A DNA stretch of 64,000 bases from Octopus sinensis (lineage: Eukaryota), in contig NC_043015.1 in the NCBI RefSeq assembly GCF_006345805.1, positions 11,656,001-11,720,000 on the forward strand. Reading direction: 5' to 3'. The position numbers were made by a program, and so were the translations under genes. Under the pieces are notes generated by a model. That model was given only the letters and a program-made list of their open reading frames with translations, ran no database searches and was not told where the DNA came from. Shown here piece after piece: positions 25,179-38,480 of this stretch (the first letter of the stretch is position 1; the number at the start of each line of letters is the position of its first letter).

Positions 25179-25746
25179 TTGGGCTGTCCAAAAAGTTTGT
25201 GCCGATTTTTAAAGGAAAGCAAAAGGTCGAGAAATACTTGCCATTACATTTTTAATCAACCAAATATGAACCATTTTGTTGCATAATGCATCTCTATCTT
25301 TCCTTTAACTTGAAAATACCCTCTTCCCAGAATTGAGGTGGTTTCATGGCAAAGAATTCATCAAGGTATCTTTTTACGTCATCCACGGAATCGCAGTTTT
25401 TACCATTAAGACTATTCTGCAGAGACATGAATAAGTGGAAATCCGAAGGAGCAATATCTGGTGAATATGGAGAGTGGGGTAACACATCCCAGCTGAGATT
25501 CAGCAGTTTTTGTCTGGTTCCCAAAGTATCAAGTGCCGAAAATGAACTTTCTTATCTTCCATTTTAAAGGGTTACAGAATTAACACGGGTTATAGGAACA
25601 TAAATCTTCTTCCACGAAAAGATAGCTTAAACTGTGCTCTAAATGGAGGTGTAGTCAAATCCTATTTTATGGACTCAAAAAAATATTCTAAAATAATTGG
25701 AAAGGTAAGCTACTATAAATCGGCACGAACTTTCCGGACAACCCAA
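25179..25746 (-). mobile_element. Second copy of the ~570-bp non-autonomous mariner
   Basis: TA|TTGGGCTGTCCAAAAAGTTTGTGCCGATTT ... AAATCGGCACGAACTTTCCGGACAACCCAA|TA; collinear with 5786-6350; encodes WDVLPHSPYSPDIAPSDFHLF. Confidence 0.92.
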
Positions 25747-26015
25747 TAATTGATTAGAAATTAAACAGAAATGAAACAACCAATGTCTGTGTGTCCTTAT
25801 AAGCTATGTAATCATCGCAAACTACAGTAATACATTAACATGTAGGTGGTGAGGAAAAAGACTCAGGCTGGTATCAAATTGTCATTTTGCTTAAATGTAT
25901 GCTTGTGTATATAAGTTTACGTACATATGTGTGTGCGCGCGTGAGTGTTTGTCTTTTTGTGTGTATTCATACATATGTGTGTGCTTATGTGTGTGTCTGT
26001 GTGTATTTACACACA

Positions 26016-26062
<47 letters not shown>

Positions 26063-26080
26063 GGAATACACACACCTACG

Positions 26081-26157
<77 letters not shown>

Positions 26158-26838
26158 AATACACACATATACACACACATTCACACACATTCATACACAG
26201 ACACGTAACATAGCGTGTATATGTTTACACTGACAGTAGTATTTACATTTCGATTAGCAATTGTATATAATTAAAATACCACTTGATTTTAGTCATATCT
26301 TATTTCTAATTAGACTGACTAGCTCTTGAATATTTATGAAGCAAATTATCAAATATTTCAATATTTGAAGTTATTAAATGGTGGCGTCTCCAGTTCAAGT
26401 CCTATTATCACGGGACTATCTGCGTCTCTGAATATTTTGTGTCAAAACTTTTGATGATGCATCAAGTATGTTGGTATTGTTACACTCAGCGTATAATTAC
26501 ACATATATTAATTACTGAGACATTTAGTATATCCTCATAGATGTCAGTACTACAACGCTTAGTTTATTATAGTATATACAAACATACATAAATACACACA
26601 CACATACATATATATTCTACTCATCGCTTGTCCAATATATAACATCTATATAATCACCGAATTACGATGCAACCTTAAGTTACTACTCAGTCGCAATAAG
26701 CAACCTATCCCTTTTATTTTGTATTTCCCTCTTACGATTCCCTTCGTACATTTCCCTTACCCACCACATCGTCATTTACTTCTTTTCCATACTTCCAGTT
26801 CCTTCCCCATCTCCCCCTAGCTTCTTCTTCAACCTGTA

Positions 26839-27425
26839 CCTATTTCTTTACTACCCACAAGGGGCTAAACACAGAGGAGACAAACAAGGACAGACAAACG
26901 GATCAAGTCGATTACATCGACCCCAGTGCGAAACTGGTACTTAATTTATCGACCCCGAAAGGATGAAAGTCAAAATCGACCTCGACGAAATTTGAACTCA
27001 GAACGTAGCAGCAGACGAAATACCTATTTCTTTATTACCCACAAGGGGCTAAACACAGAGGGGACAAACAAGGACAGACATAGGTATTAAGTCGATTACA
27101 TCGACCCCAGTGCGTAACTGGTACTTAATTTATCGACCCCGAAAGGATGAAAGTCAAAATCGACCTCGACGAAATTTGAACTCAGAACGTAGCAGCAGAC
27201 GAAATACCTATTTCTTTATTACCCACAAGGGGCTAAACACAGAGGGGACAAACAAGGACAGACATAGGTATTAAGTCGATTACATCGACCCCAGTGCGTA
27301 ACTGGTACTTAATTTATCGACCCCGAAAGGATAAAAGGCAAAATCGACCTCGACGAAATTTGAACTCAGAACGTAGCAGCAGACGAAATACCGCATAGCA
27401 TTTCACCCGGCGTGCTAACAATTCT
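26839..27425 (-). mobile_element. SINE family B with three near-identical tandem 184-bp units
   Basis: CCTATTTCTTTA recurs at 26839, 27023 and 27207; partial head at the right end. Confidence 0.9.
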
Positions 27426-28597
27426 GAGTACCACTTACCACTAACTACCGCTTGCCTTTATTACCAATCTATCCCTCCTTGTCTCCTTCTCTGTCCACCA
27501 CTTTCTATTTACTCCCATACCTTCTTCAGGATATTCCCTTTGTCACCAACCCCCACTTCATTCTTCGAACCCCCTTTTCACAATCCTAATGATGCCTATC
27601 ACTAATCCACTCTCTCCAATTTAATACTGGCCCATCCCCTTCTTCACCGTTACAATTTCCCTTTCTCAGTTCTTTAGCCCCTACATTCATGGCTATCAAC
27701 ATGTTGCCAAACCCAACAACGACTACTCTTCATAATACTGGAACTCATCTCCCGACTCTCCATTTCTACTTCTCTCAAAACCTTGATTACTCACCCACAC
27801 TTCTTCCTGTTCTGGCTGTCCTATCCTTCTTGCTCTTTCTTGCTTCAACACTCTCCACACTTCGTAGTCACATACTTCCCATTTTCACTTACTTCTATTG
27901 GCCTTCCTCTTCACTCATTCTACCTTTAAACTTTACTGCATTATGATTTGAAATGTAAGATACCTATCTCTCCACTTGCAGTTGGAGGCTCGATTTACCT
28001 AATGTTTATATGCTTCCACTATTGATTGCATATCCTTAGCTGTTCGCGAACTACTTCTGCCTGCATTATGATGTTAGTCTAAGCCCCCAGAAACAGTTGT
28101 CGGACCTCTAATACCTTACCTTCTCCCCTTAACCATTTGCGCCTTTGTGTGTGTATGTATGTATGTATGTATGTATAGTGTTTTTAAAGACAGCTCTTTC
28201 ATAAGGGATATCATCACCGGACGAATACTGCAGAGTAGATTTTTGCCTATCACAATATATTTACATTAAGTACGATACGTAAATACCTATGGTTAGCAAG
28301 GTTACTTTACGTTATCAGTTCGATTCTCACTGTAGTTAACTTCCTTTTTCAAGTACACGGGGTGGATAAAACAACGTACCGGTGAAGTACTAATGTCCAT
28401 TTAAACCACTTTACTCATCAACCGAACTGGAGATTCTGGGCCACAAACTCAGCACATCTATATATTCTGCTAGAACACACACAGAGTCTGCATGACATCT
28501 ATTCAAAGTTAATAACATGAATAATGATACTACATTGTAATCAATTGAATGAACTGCATTTTAATACATACATAGATACGTGCTTATCTATCTATTT

Positions 28598-28937
28598 ATA
28601 TATGTGGTCAATTCAAATATATATTATCCTCATTAGGGATTAATAAATCCCATATTTCAATGGCTTAATCCCCATCACATTAAAAGAAAATTTCCACGAT
28701 GCGTTATGGATTATTATAATAGGTAAAATACAAATAGATTTTTAAAAAACACTAAGAAGACTTTAGACAATAAAGTCTTCTATTGTGTTTTTAAAAATCT
28801 ATTTGCATATTACCCATTATAATAATCCATAACGCATCGTGGAAATTTTCTCCTAATGTGATGGAGATTAACCTATTGAAATTAGGGATTTATTAAACCT
28901 TAATGAGGATAAGATATCCTTGAATTGATCATATATA
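28598..28937. repeat. ~340-bp imperfect palindrome flanked by TA tracts (fold-back, MITE-like)
   Basis: Arms such as GAAAATTTCCACGATGCGTTATGGATTATTATAAT / ATTATAATAATCCATAACGCATCGTGGAAATTTTC; centre GAAGACTTTA-gacaa-TAAAGTCTTC. Confidence 0.88.
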
Positions 28938-28986
28938 TTTATATATATATATATATATATTTATTTATCACCTATATATATATATA

Positions 28987-29510
28987 CTAGCAGCATAGCC
29001 CGGCATTGCCCGGGTATGTAAGAGCCCTGGAGCAGACATGATGCTCGCTGTGAATTTAGAAAAAAAATTCCTGCCAATTTGTGAAAGATATTGTCGAAAA
29101 TATGTCATCTTGAATTTGAACGCGATTTCCCAAAATGGCATGATTTTATCGATTTTTTTCTGATGGTAAGGTATTGCATGGAAAACTAACATCAGAATTA
29201 AGTTTCTTAGGGTAACATTAAGCTTCACCATGAGTTTGGTGAAAATCGATTGCAAGTTGCGAAAACTACAACAGAAAATGTGTTGCAAATAAAAAGCCTA
29301 GATTCTCGACCCCATGTCGAATTTATCGATTTTTTCAGAACTGGGGGAACTTTTCAAAATTTTCGCTGCGTTAGTTTTGAATTATGACATTGGGCTATGT
29401 GTGTGTTAAGTTTCATCAGAATCGGTTGAAAGCCGTGGTCAGGGTGAGGGTACAGCCTGACAGACACACAGACACACAGACAGACAAACTGCCGTTTATA
29501 TAAAGAGAGA
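28987..29510 (-). mobile_element. Non-autonomous Helitron
   Basis: The minus strand starts TCTCTCTTTATATAAACGGC and ends CCCGGGCAATGCCGGG-ctatgctg-CTAG|T; inserted in (TA)n. Confidence 0.85.
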
Positions 29511-29519
29511 TATATATAT

Positions 29520-30135
29520 GCATAAGGGTGCAAGATAGCACCTGCAACTGCTAGAAATGAGAGCTAAAAACATAACTCGAATAGCCACACAATATCACTA
29601 AACTCATGAGATATGCAGGGAGTGCGAAAGGAAAGCCACGACATCTTTCTTCGATGAGATAAAGCCATCGAATGAAGCAGTTTGATAAAACCCTATCACG
29701 TGATTTCGAAATTTAACCAACACGCTCTTGTTTCTCCCTGAGTGTTTCTACAACTTGTTCAGGGCTGAAGAGATAGCTTGCTACACATTTGCTCATGAGA
29801 GAAAAAAACTGTTGAACAGCGAGCACTAAAACTCAAAACGGTTAAAGTGTATTTAATACAATTAGATATTATAATGGTAAATTAATATATTACGATATAT
29901 TAAATATATTATAATATAGGTCACTATAGCAACTAAAACCAAAAAGGTTGGTTATTTTATGTGACTATTCCAGTTATAGTTTTAGCTCTTATTTCTAGCA
30001 ATTGCAGGTTCTACCCTGCACCCTTATTTATGAATTCTACCTTTTGTGTTTTAATTGCTATAGCCACCTTTATTATATCGTATATAATATATCATGATAT
30101 ATTAATTTACTATCATAATATCTCATTGTATATAT
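29520..30135. repeat. Interleaved inverted-repeat element (inverted arm plus permuted direct arm)
   Basis: 29522-29590 is inverted at 29960-30027; 29855-29948 is inverted at 30039-30135. Confidence 0.75.
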
Positions 30136-30136
30136 T

Positions 30137-30516
30137 TTCTTTTCTCTTTTATCTGTTTCAGTCATTAGACTGAATTTTAGACGAATGTATCGACCGAATC
30201 CTTATCTTTCTAAAGCCTGGTATTTATTTTATTGGTGTCTTTTACCAAGCCACTCGATTACGGAGACTAAACGCACCAGCACCGGCTGTCAAGCGATGGT
30301 GGGGGACAAACAAAGATATAAAGGCACATACACACACACGCACATATGAGCATATACAAGTTCCTTTCATTTCTCCTTTACCAAATCCACTATTAAGGTT
30401 TTGGTCGGCCTGAGGCTATAGTAGAAGACACCCACACCATGTACCACGCAGTGGGACTCAACCCGGTATCATGTGATTGGGAAGCAAGCATCTTACCACA
30501 CAGCCTCACCTGCGCG
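30137..30516 (-). mobile_element. Diverged SINE family A
   Basis: CCACGCAGTGGGACTCAACCC, CTTACCACACAGCC and TGTTTCAGTCATT motifs. Confidence 0.8.
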
Positions 30517-30531
30517 TATAAGTATATGCGT

Positions 30532-30594
<63 letters not shown>

Positions 30595-30653
30595 ATGTAC
30601 GCACATATATATCTATACACGAGTGAGCACATGAATGCACAGGATGTGTGTGT

Positions 30654-30696
<43 letters not shown>

Positions 30697-30712
30697 TCTA
30701 AGAGAGAGAGTG

Positions 30713-30713
<1 letters not shown>

Positions 30714-30810
<97 letters not shown>

Positions 30811-30825
30811 CAGATAGATAGATAT
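30714..30825. repeat. (GATA)n microsatellite
   Basis: Visible tetranucleotide tract. Confidence 0.95.
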
Positions 30826-31884
30826 GCCCATATTCAGTTGCCTGACCAAGTGCACACCTTAGTAGCTTAGAGAAGCGCTGGAACGAATCCTCAGATAGGA
30901 AAGCACAAATAAACTCTGTTAAATGTATTGTGAATGTTATTCTCCTCACACAGACACACGGACACACGCGCACATACTACGCAACAAATATACTCACATA
31001 TCTTTTTACCAAATTTAAATTACATTTAGAATACTACATAATTAAAATATAGCTTGATTTGTAATTAGAGTTCATTCCTTGGATATTCATGGAGCAAATA
31101 TTTCAATTTCGAATGAGATCAAATGATGAGGTTGGTGCATCAAATTTAATTTCCATGGGATTATCTGAATTCCTAAATATTTTGTGATAAAACTGTTGAT
31201 GAATCTCGAAACGTATTTGAAATTTAAATTATAGCAGGTGTAAAAATTAACAGCCATCATTAGAAGTAATTATACTTCCAGGTAAACACATAATTAGCTC
31301 AATAAATAATATTATTTTAATAATTTCAGTAAATGAGGGAGACATCTACCAATATGTACCTGTCGTATAAGCCCTTTTCAGTGAACCACGGACTTCATTC
31401 TACTTGTAGAAAAAGGGATGAGAGAATCAGGCAAGTTATACAATGACATTTATTATAAAAGTATAAATATGTTGTTTATATGAAACATAGTATATCAGTA
31501 TAAACACATTATTAACGTCATATTTCGTTTATCTACAAAGACAACACTTTGTGACATTTAGCATGCTTTTATAAATATATTTGAATCGTGAAGTTAATAT
31601 ATATATATTATTATTATTATTATGCATATACACACAACAGTTTAGACTGTTGGAAAAGAAAAAATCCTAACATCGGGCTACAAGTAACCTTAGATTCCAA
31701 GAAGCTTCCTAAGTACCCTAGCTAATAACATTGTTTTCTGGAGCTGTACGAAACTATGTTTTATGCCTGTTTCTTCTATCCATTTGTTCAAATCTTTAGA
31801 GATAGTTCCTAATGCATCTATAACTGCTGGGATACATTTTACACTCACTTTTCGTAGTCTCTGTAATTCAATGGCCAGGTCTAG

Positions 31885-31886
<2 letters not shown>

Positions 31887-31948
<62 letters not shown>

Positions 31949-33688
31949 ATTTGGCTCAAAAGCAAATAGCAAGGCCATGTAGGGGGACATGGAGTTAAGT
32001 ACAGGGTGGTGTTCATGTAAAGAGTTCAGGCCACTTGAGGTCAAGGGAGGCTTTGAACAAAGCGGTCGTCGGCATCTTCACCATCTCGTCTGGCAGCTTG
32101 TTCCACGGATCCGCAACCCGGACGGAGAAAGCTCCTCTCCTTCGATTGAGATGAAATCGTCGCAGGTAGAGCTTTTCGGAATGACCCCGCAGCCGACGCT
32201 CTGGAGCAGGAGTGAAGAACAGCTCTTTCGAGAGGTTACACTTTCCGCTTATGATGTTGTGGGCGAGAATGAGATCACCACGGCGGCGGCGTTTTTCAAG
32301 AGAATAAAGGTCGAGCGTCCTGAGCCTTTCTTCATAGGACAAATTTTTGAGACCATGAACCATGCGGGTAGCCAGCTTCTGGACTCTTTCGAGATGCTGT
32401 ATGTCTTTGAGGAGATAAGGAGAAGAGGCTTGAATCCCGTACTCCAATATGGGTCTCACCAGCGTGACATAGAGTGGTAGGAATATGGCTGCTGTGAGCA
32501 TTCCGAATGACCGTCGAATCAAGAACAGAATTCCGCGTGCTTTGTTGGCAGCACTGGGCCGAAGGCGAAAAGGAGGAATCCACCAAGATACCCAGGTCCT
32601 TTACCTGATCGGTCCTCTCCAGCAGCAGACGACCCGGCTCGAAATCAAGTTGAGTTGCAGGAGGAGAGCCAACAGGCAGATGACAGCACTTTGACACGTT
32701 CAGACACAGGTCCCATTCGTTAGACCACTTTCAAATTTGGTGGAGGCATCGACGAAGATCCTCTATATCACCGCGAGGAGCGACCAGTTCGATATCGTCG
32801 GCAAATAGAAGGGTGTGATGCGTGAGGTCTTCGGGCAAGTCATTTATGAAGACTAAGAACAATAAGGGCCCAAGCACTGAACCTTGAGGCACGCCACTGC
32901 TCGCACTGGAGACGTCGGACCGCGAACCATTAACTTGGACTTGGAAGGAGCGATCTGAGAGGAAGGCACCAACCCATCGTACAATATCCGGATGGAAACT
33001 ATATGCTTGAAGCTTGACAAGTAATAGGCGGTGGTTTACCGAGTCAAAAGCTTTGGCAAAGTCCAATAAAACGATGTCAACAGCATCACTATCATCGAGG
33101 ATGCGCGTCAACAATTCTTCCATTACCAGTAAGTTGGTCAAGCATGATCTCCTCGGCACGAAGCCGTGTTGGGAATCAGAGATAGAGGCTGTGTTTTGGA
33201 GGTGGAGCATCATACTTTTCTTAAGGATGGTTTCGAACATCTTGCTGATTATTGATGTAAGGGAAACCGGTCGGTAGTTAAGCGGGTCTTCGCGGCTCCC
33301 TTTCTTGAAAATTGGGCAGATTATCGCTGTTCTCCAGTCCGCAGGTATAACACCCGTCGCCAATGACATATTGAATAGATGTGTTAAGGGCTCGCAGATG
33401 ACCGGAGTCAACGCTTTGATAACCCGTGGGTGTATGCCATCAGGGCCGTGACCCTTGTTGACATCGAGGCCTTGAATAACACGTTTGACGTCGGTAGTTA
33501 AGCGGGTCTTCGCGGCTCCCTTTCTTGAAAATTGGGCAGATTATCGCTGTTCTTCAGTCCGCAGGTATAACACCCGTCGCCAATGACATATTGAATAGAC
33601 GTGTTAAGGGCTCGCAGATGACCGGAGCCAACGCTTTGATAACCCGTGGGTGTATGCCATCAGGGCCGTGACCCTTGTTGACATCGAG
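31887..33688 (-). mobile_element. 5'-truncated CR1-clade LINE with (AACT)n tail
   Basis: RT motifs NYRPVSLTS, QHGF, DFAKAFDSV, GVPQGSVLGPLLF, LFADD, and the CR1 C-terminus VRPILEY..LERVQ..SYEERLRTLDL..RRRGDLI. Tail (GTTA)n to 31948; TAGGT direct repeat at 31882-31886 and 33689-33693. Confidence 0.93.
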
Positions 33689-33763
33689 TAGGTAAATTGC
33701 TATTTTTTACTATATCTCTCATATTGATTTTTTTCATCATCTGAGACTGTGAATTCAATTATA

Positions 33764-33843
<80 letters not shown>
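33764..33843. repeat. (CTA)n microsatellite inside the R4 endonuclease coding region
   Basis: Perfect trinucleotide tract. Confidence 0.95.
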
Positions 33844-36398
33844 AATCAGCATTCTAGATTCTATTCTCTGTCAGTCTGAATGTTACAGTCTCACAACATT
33901 TTATATTTCTTCCTTTCTAATAATATACTAGGTTCATGTTCACATCATTTATTAGTATGGTCAAATCCTAGCTTTTTACATAACTTCCAGTGGATTACTC
34001 TCCCTAGGTTGCCATGTCTTCTCTTCTATTCTTTCTGTGCCAGCATGCTTCATTCACTTACTATTTAAGTAACACTTTCCTCTTTTGATTTGCATAACCT
34101 ACATTGGGAATCTACTTAGTTTTTGTTTACCTTGGCTTTTATGCAATTAGTACTTAATGCTTGATCTTGTGCAGCTACTAACAAACATTCTGTCTCCCTT
34201 TTCAACCTTCCTTTCTGCAACTATAACCATGACTCACTACTACTATTTGCTGCAACTATCTTTGGAAATCTACCATAGAAACCCTTTTCCTGCCAGTCAG
34301 ATAACCTTTGTTCTTTTTTCTGGTTTTTAAATTGGTTTGTTTTTGTTTGCTTTGTTTTTTTTTGTTTCCCTAGCAGCTCTTAATAAACTTTCTTCACTAA
34401 TGCTACATACTAGTCTATATCTTCTCTAGCTAACTCCATGCAGTCTTCTACTGATGTTAGCCCTCTTCCACCTTCCTTTCTATGTAGGTATAATCTTGCT
34501 ACTCCTGCCCTTGGGTAGCGTCCTCCATTCATATTGAATTCCTTTTTAGTTCTTCTGTCTAGCTTGGCGAATTCGGTTTTTGTTCAATCTACAAAAGCTT
34601 ATGAGTATCTAAGTAATGATACTGTCCAAATATTTACCGCCTTCACTAAATACGGACCATTCAGCTTTCACTTCTTTAGCTTTCTCACCCTTCTTATGTA
34701 CTCCTTCTCAATTTTCGTTTTTATTTCTATAGTTAGCATTCTTTCAGATTTTAATATTGCAAGAAACTTAAAATTCTCCCCTTCTTTTAATGATTTTAAT
34801 GTCTGGCCATCTGTTTATTGGATTCCTTCACTATTGATTATGAGTCGTCCTCTTCACTATCGACTCTGTTTACCTATTTCCTTTACATGACTAATATTGC
34901 ACATATATCTATGCCAAATTCCATGCCTATACCTTTGTTGAAGCATCTTATTAATGAATCTATCTCTTTTTTCATTCTTACTTCAGATCAACCATGTAGA
35001 GAAAATGGTAATTTTTTCCCTGCTATTTCTAAACTGATATACCTGCCTTTCCTTCCTTATTACTAAACTGAGGTGGGTGAAACATAAGGCAAATATTAAA
35101 TGGGATAACATGTCTCCTTGGAAACATCGTCTCTTGATATTAACATTCCCTAAGTGTGTGTCACCTGAGTAGAGATCTTTCCATTTCTTCATCCTAAAGC
35201 TAATTAATTCTCTTATGTTCTCTGCTATACTGAAGATGCTCAAACATTCACTTATCCATGAGTGTGCGATCATATCATAGGCTTTCAATATATCCATGCT
35301 ATTGTTAGATTTTTCTTTCCAGCTTTTACTTCATTTAGAATTGCTCTGTCTATGTATAATGCAGCATTCAGTCCTCTAGCCTTCTTCCTGCAACATGTTT
35401 TCTTCTGGCAGTAAATTCTGGTTATCAAGGTTCTCATAAATGTTTTCTGAAAGCATTCCTGTTAACAGCTTCCACGATAATGGTAAGCAAGTGGTTTCTC
35501 TATAGTTGTTAGCGGTATCACCCTTGCTCTTATCTTTTATAATGAGTGTTGTCCTCCCGCTATTCGTCCATTAAGGAAATTCTGAAGTCGTTTTCCCTGA
35601 CCTCCCGTGTTAACTACTAAATTTCTTTAGCCAGTACGCTAGAACTAAACCTCACTGCTTCTCACTCACTATTTCTTCCTCACCTTCTTTAACCACACTG
35701 CATCTCCATTATTATTTACTGGTTTATCCCAGATATTACTCCAGAACTTTCAAGCTTCTTTTGCATTAAGTTTCTCATTTTTAGTACTTCGTTCTCTACT
35801 ATTTATTGAGTTATAAAATCTCCTCTCGTGTGTCTCAAATAAACTATTCTGTTGATACTGATCTACTCTTTTCTGATATCTGGAAAGTTTGCCTGCTTCT
35901 GCTATGATACACTGTTTCAACTCTGCTATTACTCTCCCAAATCCTTTCTCTTTGACTAAGTATCCTTTCTCAGGGGAAGATATACATCTTGTGTTTCCTA
36001 AATTGTTCAGTTTCCAGGCCTTTATTCTACAACGTCTTCACTTTGGTTTGTAGTGTCCTTTTCTACATTTGCTTTTTTAAATCCTTCCATGTGAGATATT
36101 TAATCTTCTAGTGGCAACTACCCCTCCTGCATAGATCAACACGTTAGTGTCTCCCATAGTTTTAGTATCTATCCTACTGATAACATAATCTACTTTCCTA
36201 GTCAGTAGCTTCCTTCTGCTAGTATCTTTTAATGCTGGCAATCCTTTTCTTATTTTATTCATTACTTCCTGCAACTCATATAAAATCTTCTGGTCTTCCT
36301 CACCTAAATCACTTAAGTCGCTGGAGCCAGTTGTCTGTTCATTATTGGTAGCGCTATTATTAGTTTTTACTTTAGATTCTTCTTTGGTTTGAGCTGTA

Positions 36399-36812
36399 GG
36401 CGCAGGAGTGGCTGTGTGATAAGTAACTTGCTAACCAACCACATGGTTCCAGGTTCAATCCCACTGCGTGGCATCTTGGGCAAGTGTCTTCTGCTATAGT
36501 CTCGGGCCGACCAATGCCTTGTGAGTGAATTTGGTAGACGGAAACTGAAAGAAGCCCTGTCGTATATATGTATATATATATATGTATGTGTGTGTGTTTG
36601 TGTGTCTGTGTTTGTTCCCATAGCATTGCTTGACAACCGATGCTGGTGTGTTTACGTCCCCGTCACTTAGCGTTTCGGCAAAAAGAGACCGATAGAATAA
36701 GTACTGGGCTTACAAAAAGAAGTCCCGGGGTCGAGTTGCCCGACTAAAGACGGTGCTCCAGCATGGCCGCAGTCAAATGACTGGAACAAGTAAAAGAGAA
36801 TGAGAAAGAGTA
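36399..36812 (+). mobile_element. SINE family A, full length, inserted in the decayed R4 element
   Basis: GGCGCAGGAGTGGCTGTGTG ... GTAAAAGAGAATGAGAAAGAGTA. Confidence 0.92.
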
Positions 36813-37719
36813 TCTCTTATGTTGTTGTTTGTCTATCCTATTGCCTGGTTTTTCCTTTCCAGTTCTCTTGTGATCTCTTCTACTTCTAAATTATGTCATA
36901 AACGTTTTTCTCCTAATAGCATTAGCTTGACCTACTAACTTCTGCTCAGTCACTTTAAACATTCCCATCTGTTTTATATAGCCCCTTCTTTTAGGTTCAC
37001 TTTCTACGTAGCACTCTATCACTATCCTGTTTTCTTCGCTGCTCCACTTCCTCCTCCTTACACTGTTATCTGGCGATGCTGTATTATGGTAACAGCTGTG
37101 GTCAATCTGCATCTTTACTGAACCATTGCAGAGCGATAGGCCTTCCGTTATAAGTCCAGCTTCATTTTCGCTGTTGCAACTAGAGTTACTTCGGAAACTC
37201 TTGTCTCTCATAAAACTGAGGTAAGATAACGTTCGTCACCAACGTCATCAGCACTATTATTTTTTGACCTCTGATAGTTTCAAGCAACTTTCTGCTGCAT
37301 CATTTGTTGCACCCATGTGCTGGTGGGGTGGTGGTGTGTTCTGCATTTTTGTGGGGGATATTGTATTGCATCAGTATATTTTGTTACGGGGTTCGGTTTG
37401 AGTCTTCTGTTGTATTGGTTTTTATATTGTGTGGTTTATGCAGCACAGGTTGTGTTCTTCTGTCTGGTATCAGCCTTTTATGGCGCATGTTGTGGGCTTT
37501 GATCATTTTGTTGGGTATTTTCGGTATGAGTTTATTCCTGTATGTTTTTGGAGGAGTGTTGCATAGTAGTGTGTGCAATCATAAATCGTAGTAATAATGG
37601 TTATCTGTCCACCATTCTTTTTCTTTTGGTTATTTTGTTATGGGTTCGTTTTACAACGTTTACTTTTTTAATTGAACACCGCCCATGTACATGTGTTGGT
37701 GTTTCTATCGTTGTTACAT

Positions 37720-37863
<144 letters not shown>

Positions 37864-37879
37864 TATCAATATATCAATA

Positions 37880-38480
37880 TATCATATCAGTATCACCGTA
37901 TCCATACATCGACCACACTCTCAGACGTTGGTATAAAACGCTAGTGAGAATGCACTTACAACTCTTTATTGATTGCCTCATCCTTTTCCATCTTGGCTCG
38001 AATCGTTTAACTAAGTCGTCTTCCCATCTTCGTGGAGGCTTTCCAAATGGCCTATCCGGAATCCTTGGTACCACTTGGCATCTATACGGATCCACTTGCT
38101 CTTCAGCCTTGCAGCATGTTCGGCTCAATGAATCCGTACTTTCGGTATTCTCCGATCACAATATCCACACCGCTCTGTTCACGAATTACTTCGCTTAGAA
38201 CATGATCGTAAATGATATTCCTAATATACATTTTTCCATGGCCCTTAACGACGTAGTCAATCGACGTATTCAGTCGACGTTCTTCCTTTTTTGTAGTAGC
38301 CTCTAGCAATATAAATATGTAGATATTGTGACTTGCAGTACATCACCACAGACATGCTAGTATTTTACGTGTGCTTAAACCAAGGTTGCACATCATCGAA
38401 CACACTTTTGTTCAAAGATACTGCGTTACGCTTGTTAACCAGACGCAGTATATTTTTCCTATTTTCACGATGGGTAGATG
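37880..38480 (-). mobile_element. Decayed 3' fragment of an RTE-type LINE
   Basis: DHVLSEVIREQSGV and RPFGKPPRRWEDDL resemble RTE C-terminal motifs; many disruptions. Confidence 0.65.

Noticed and set aside
31989-32480. 163-aa plus-strand ORF
   Set aside because: Antisense shadow of the CR1 RT coding region.
37215-37290. CTGATGA and GAAA strings on the minus strand in the R4 5' region
   Set aside because: The stems could not be closed into a hammerhead (GAAC follows stem II; stem III is weak).
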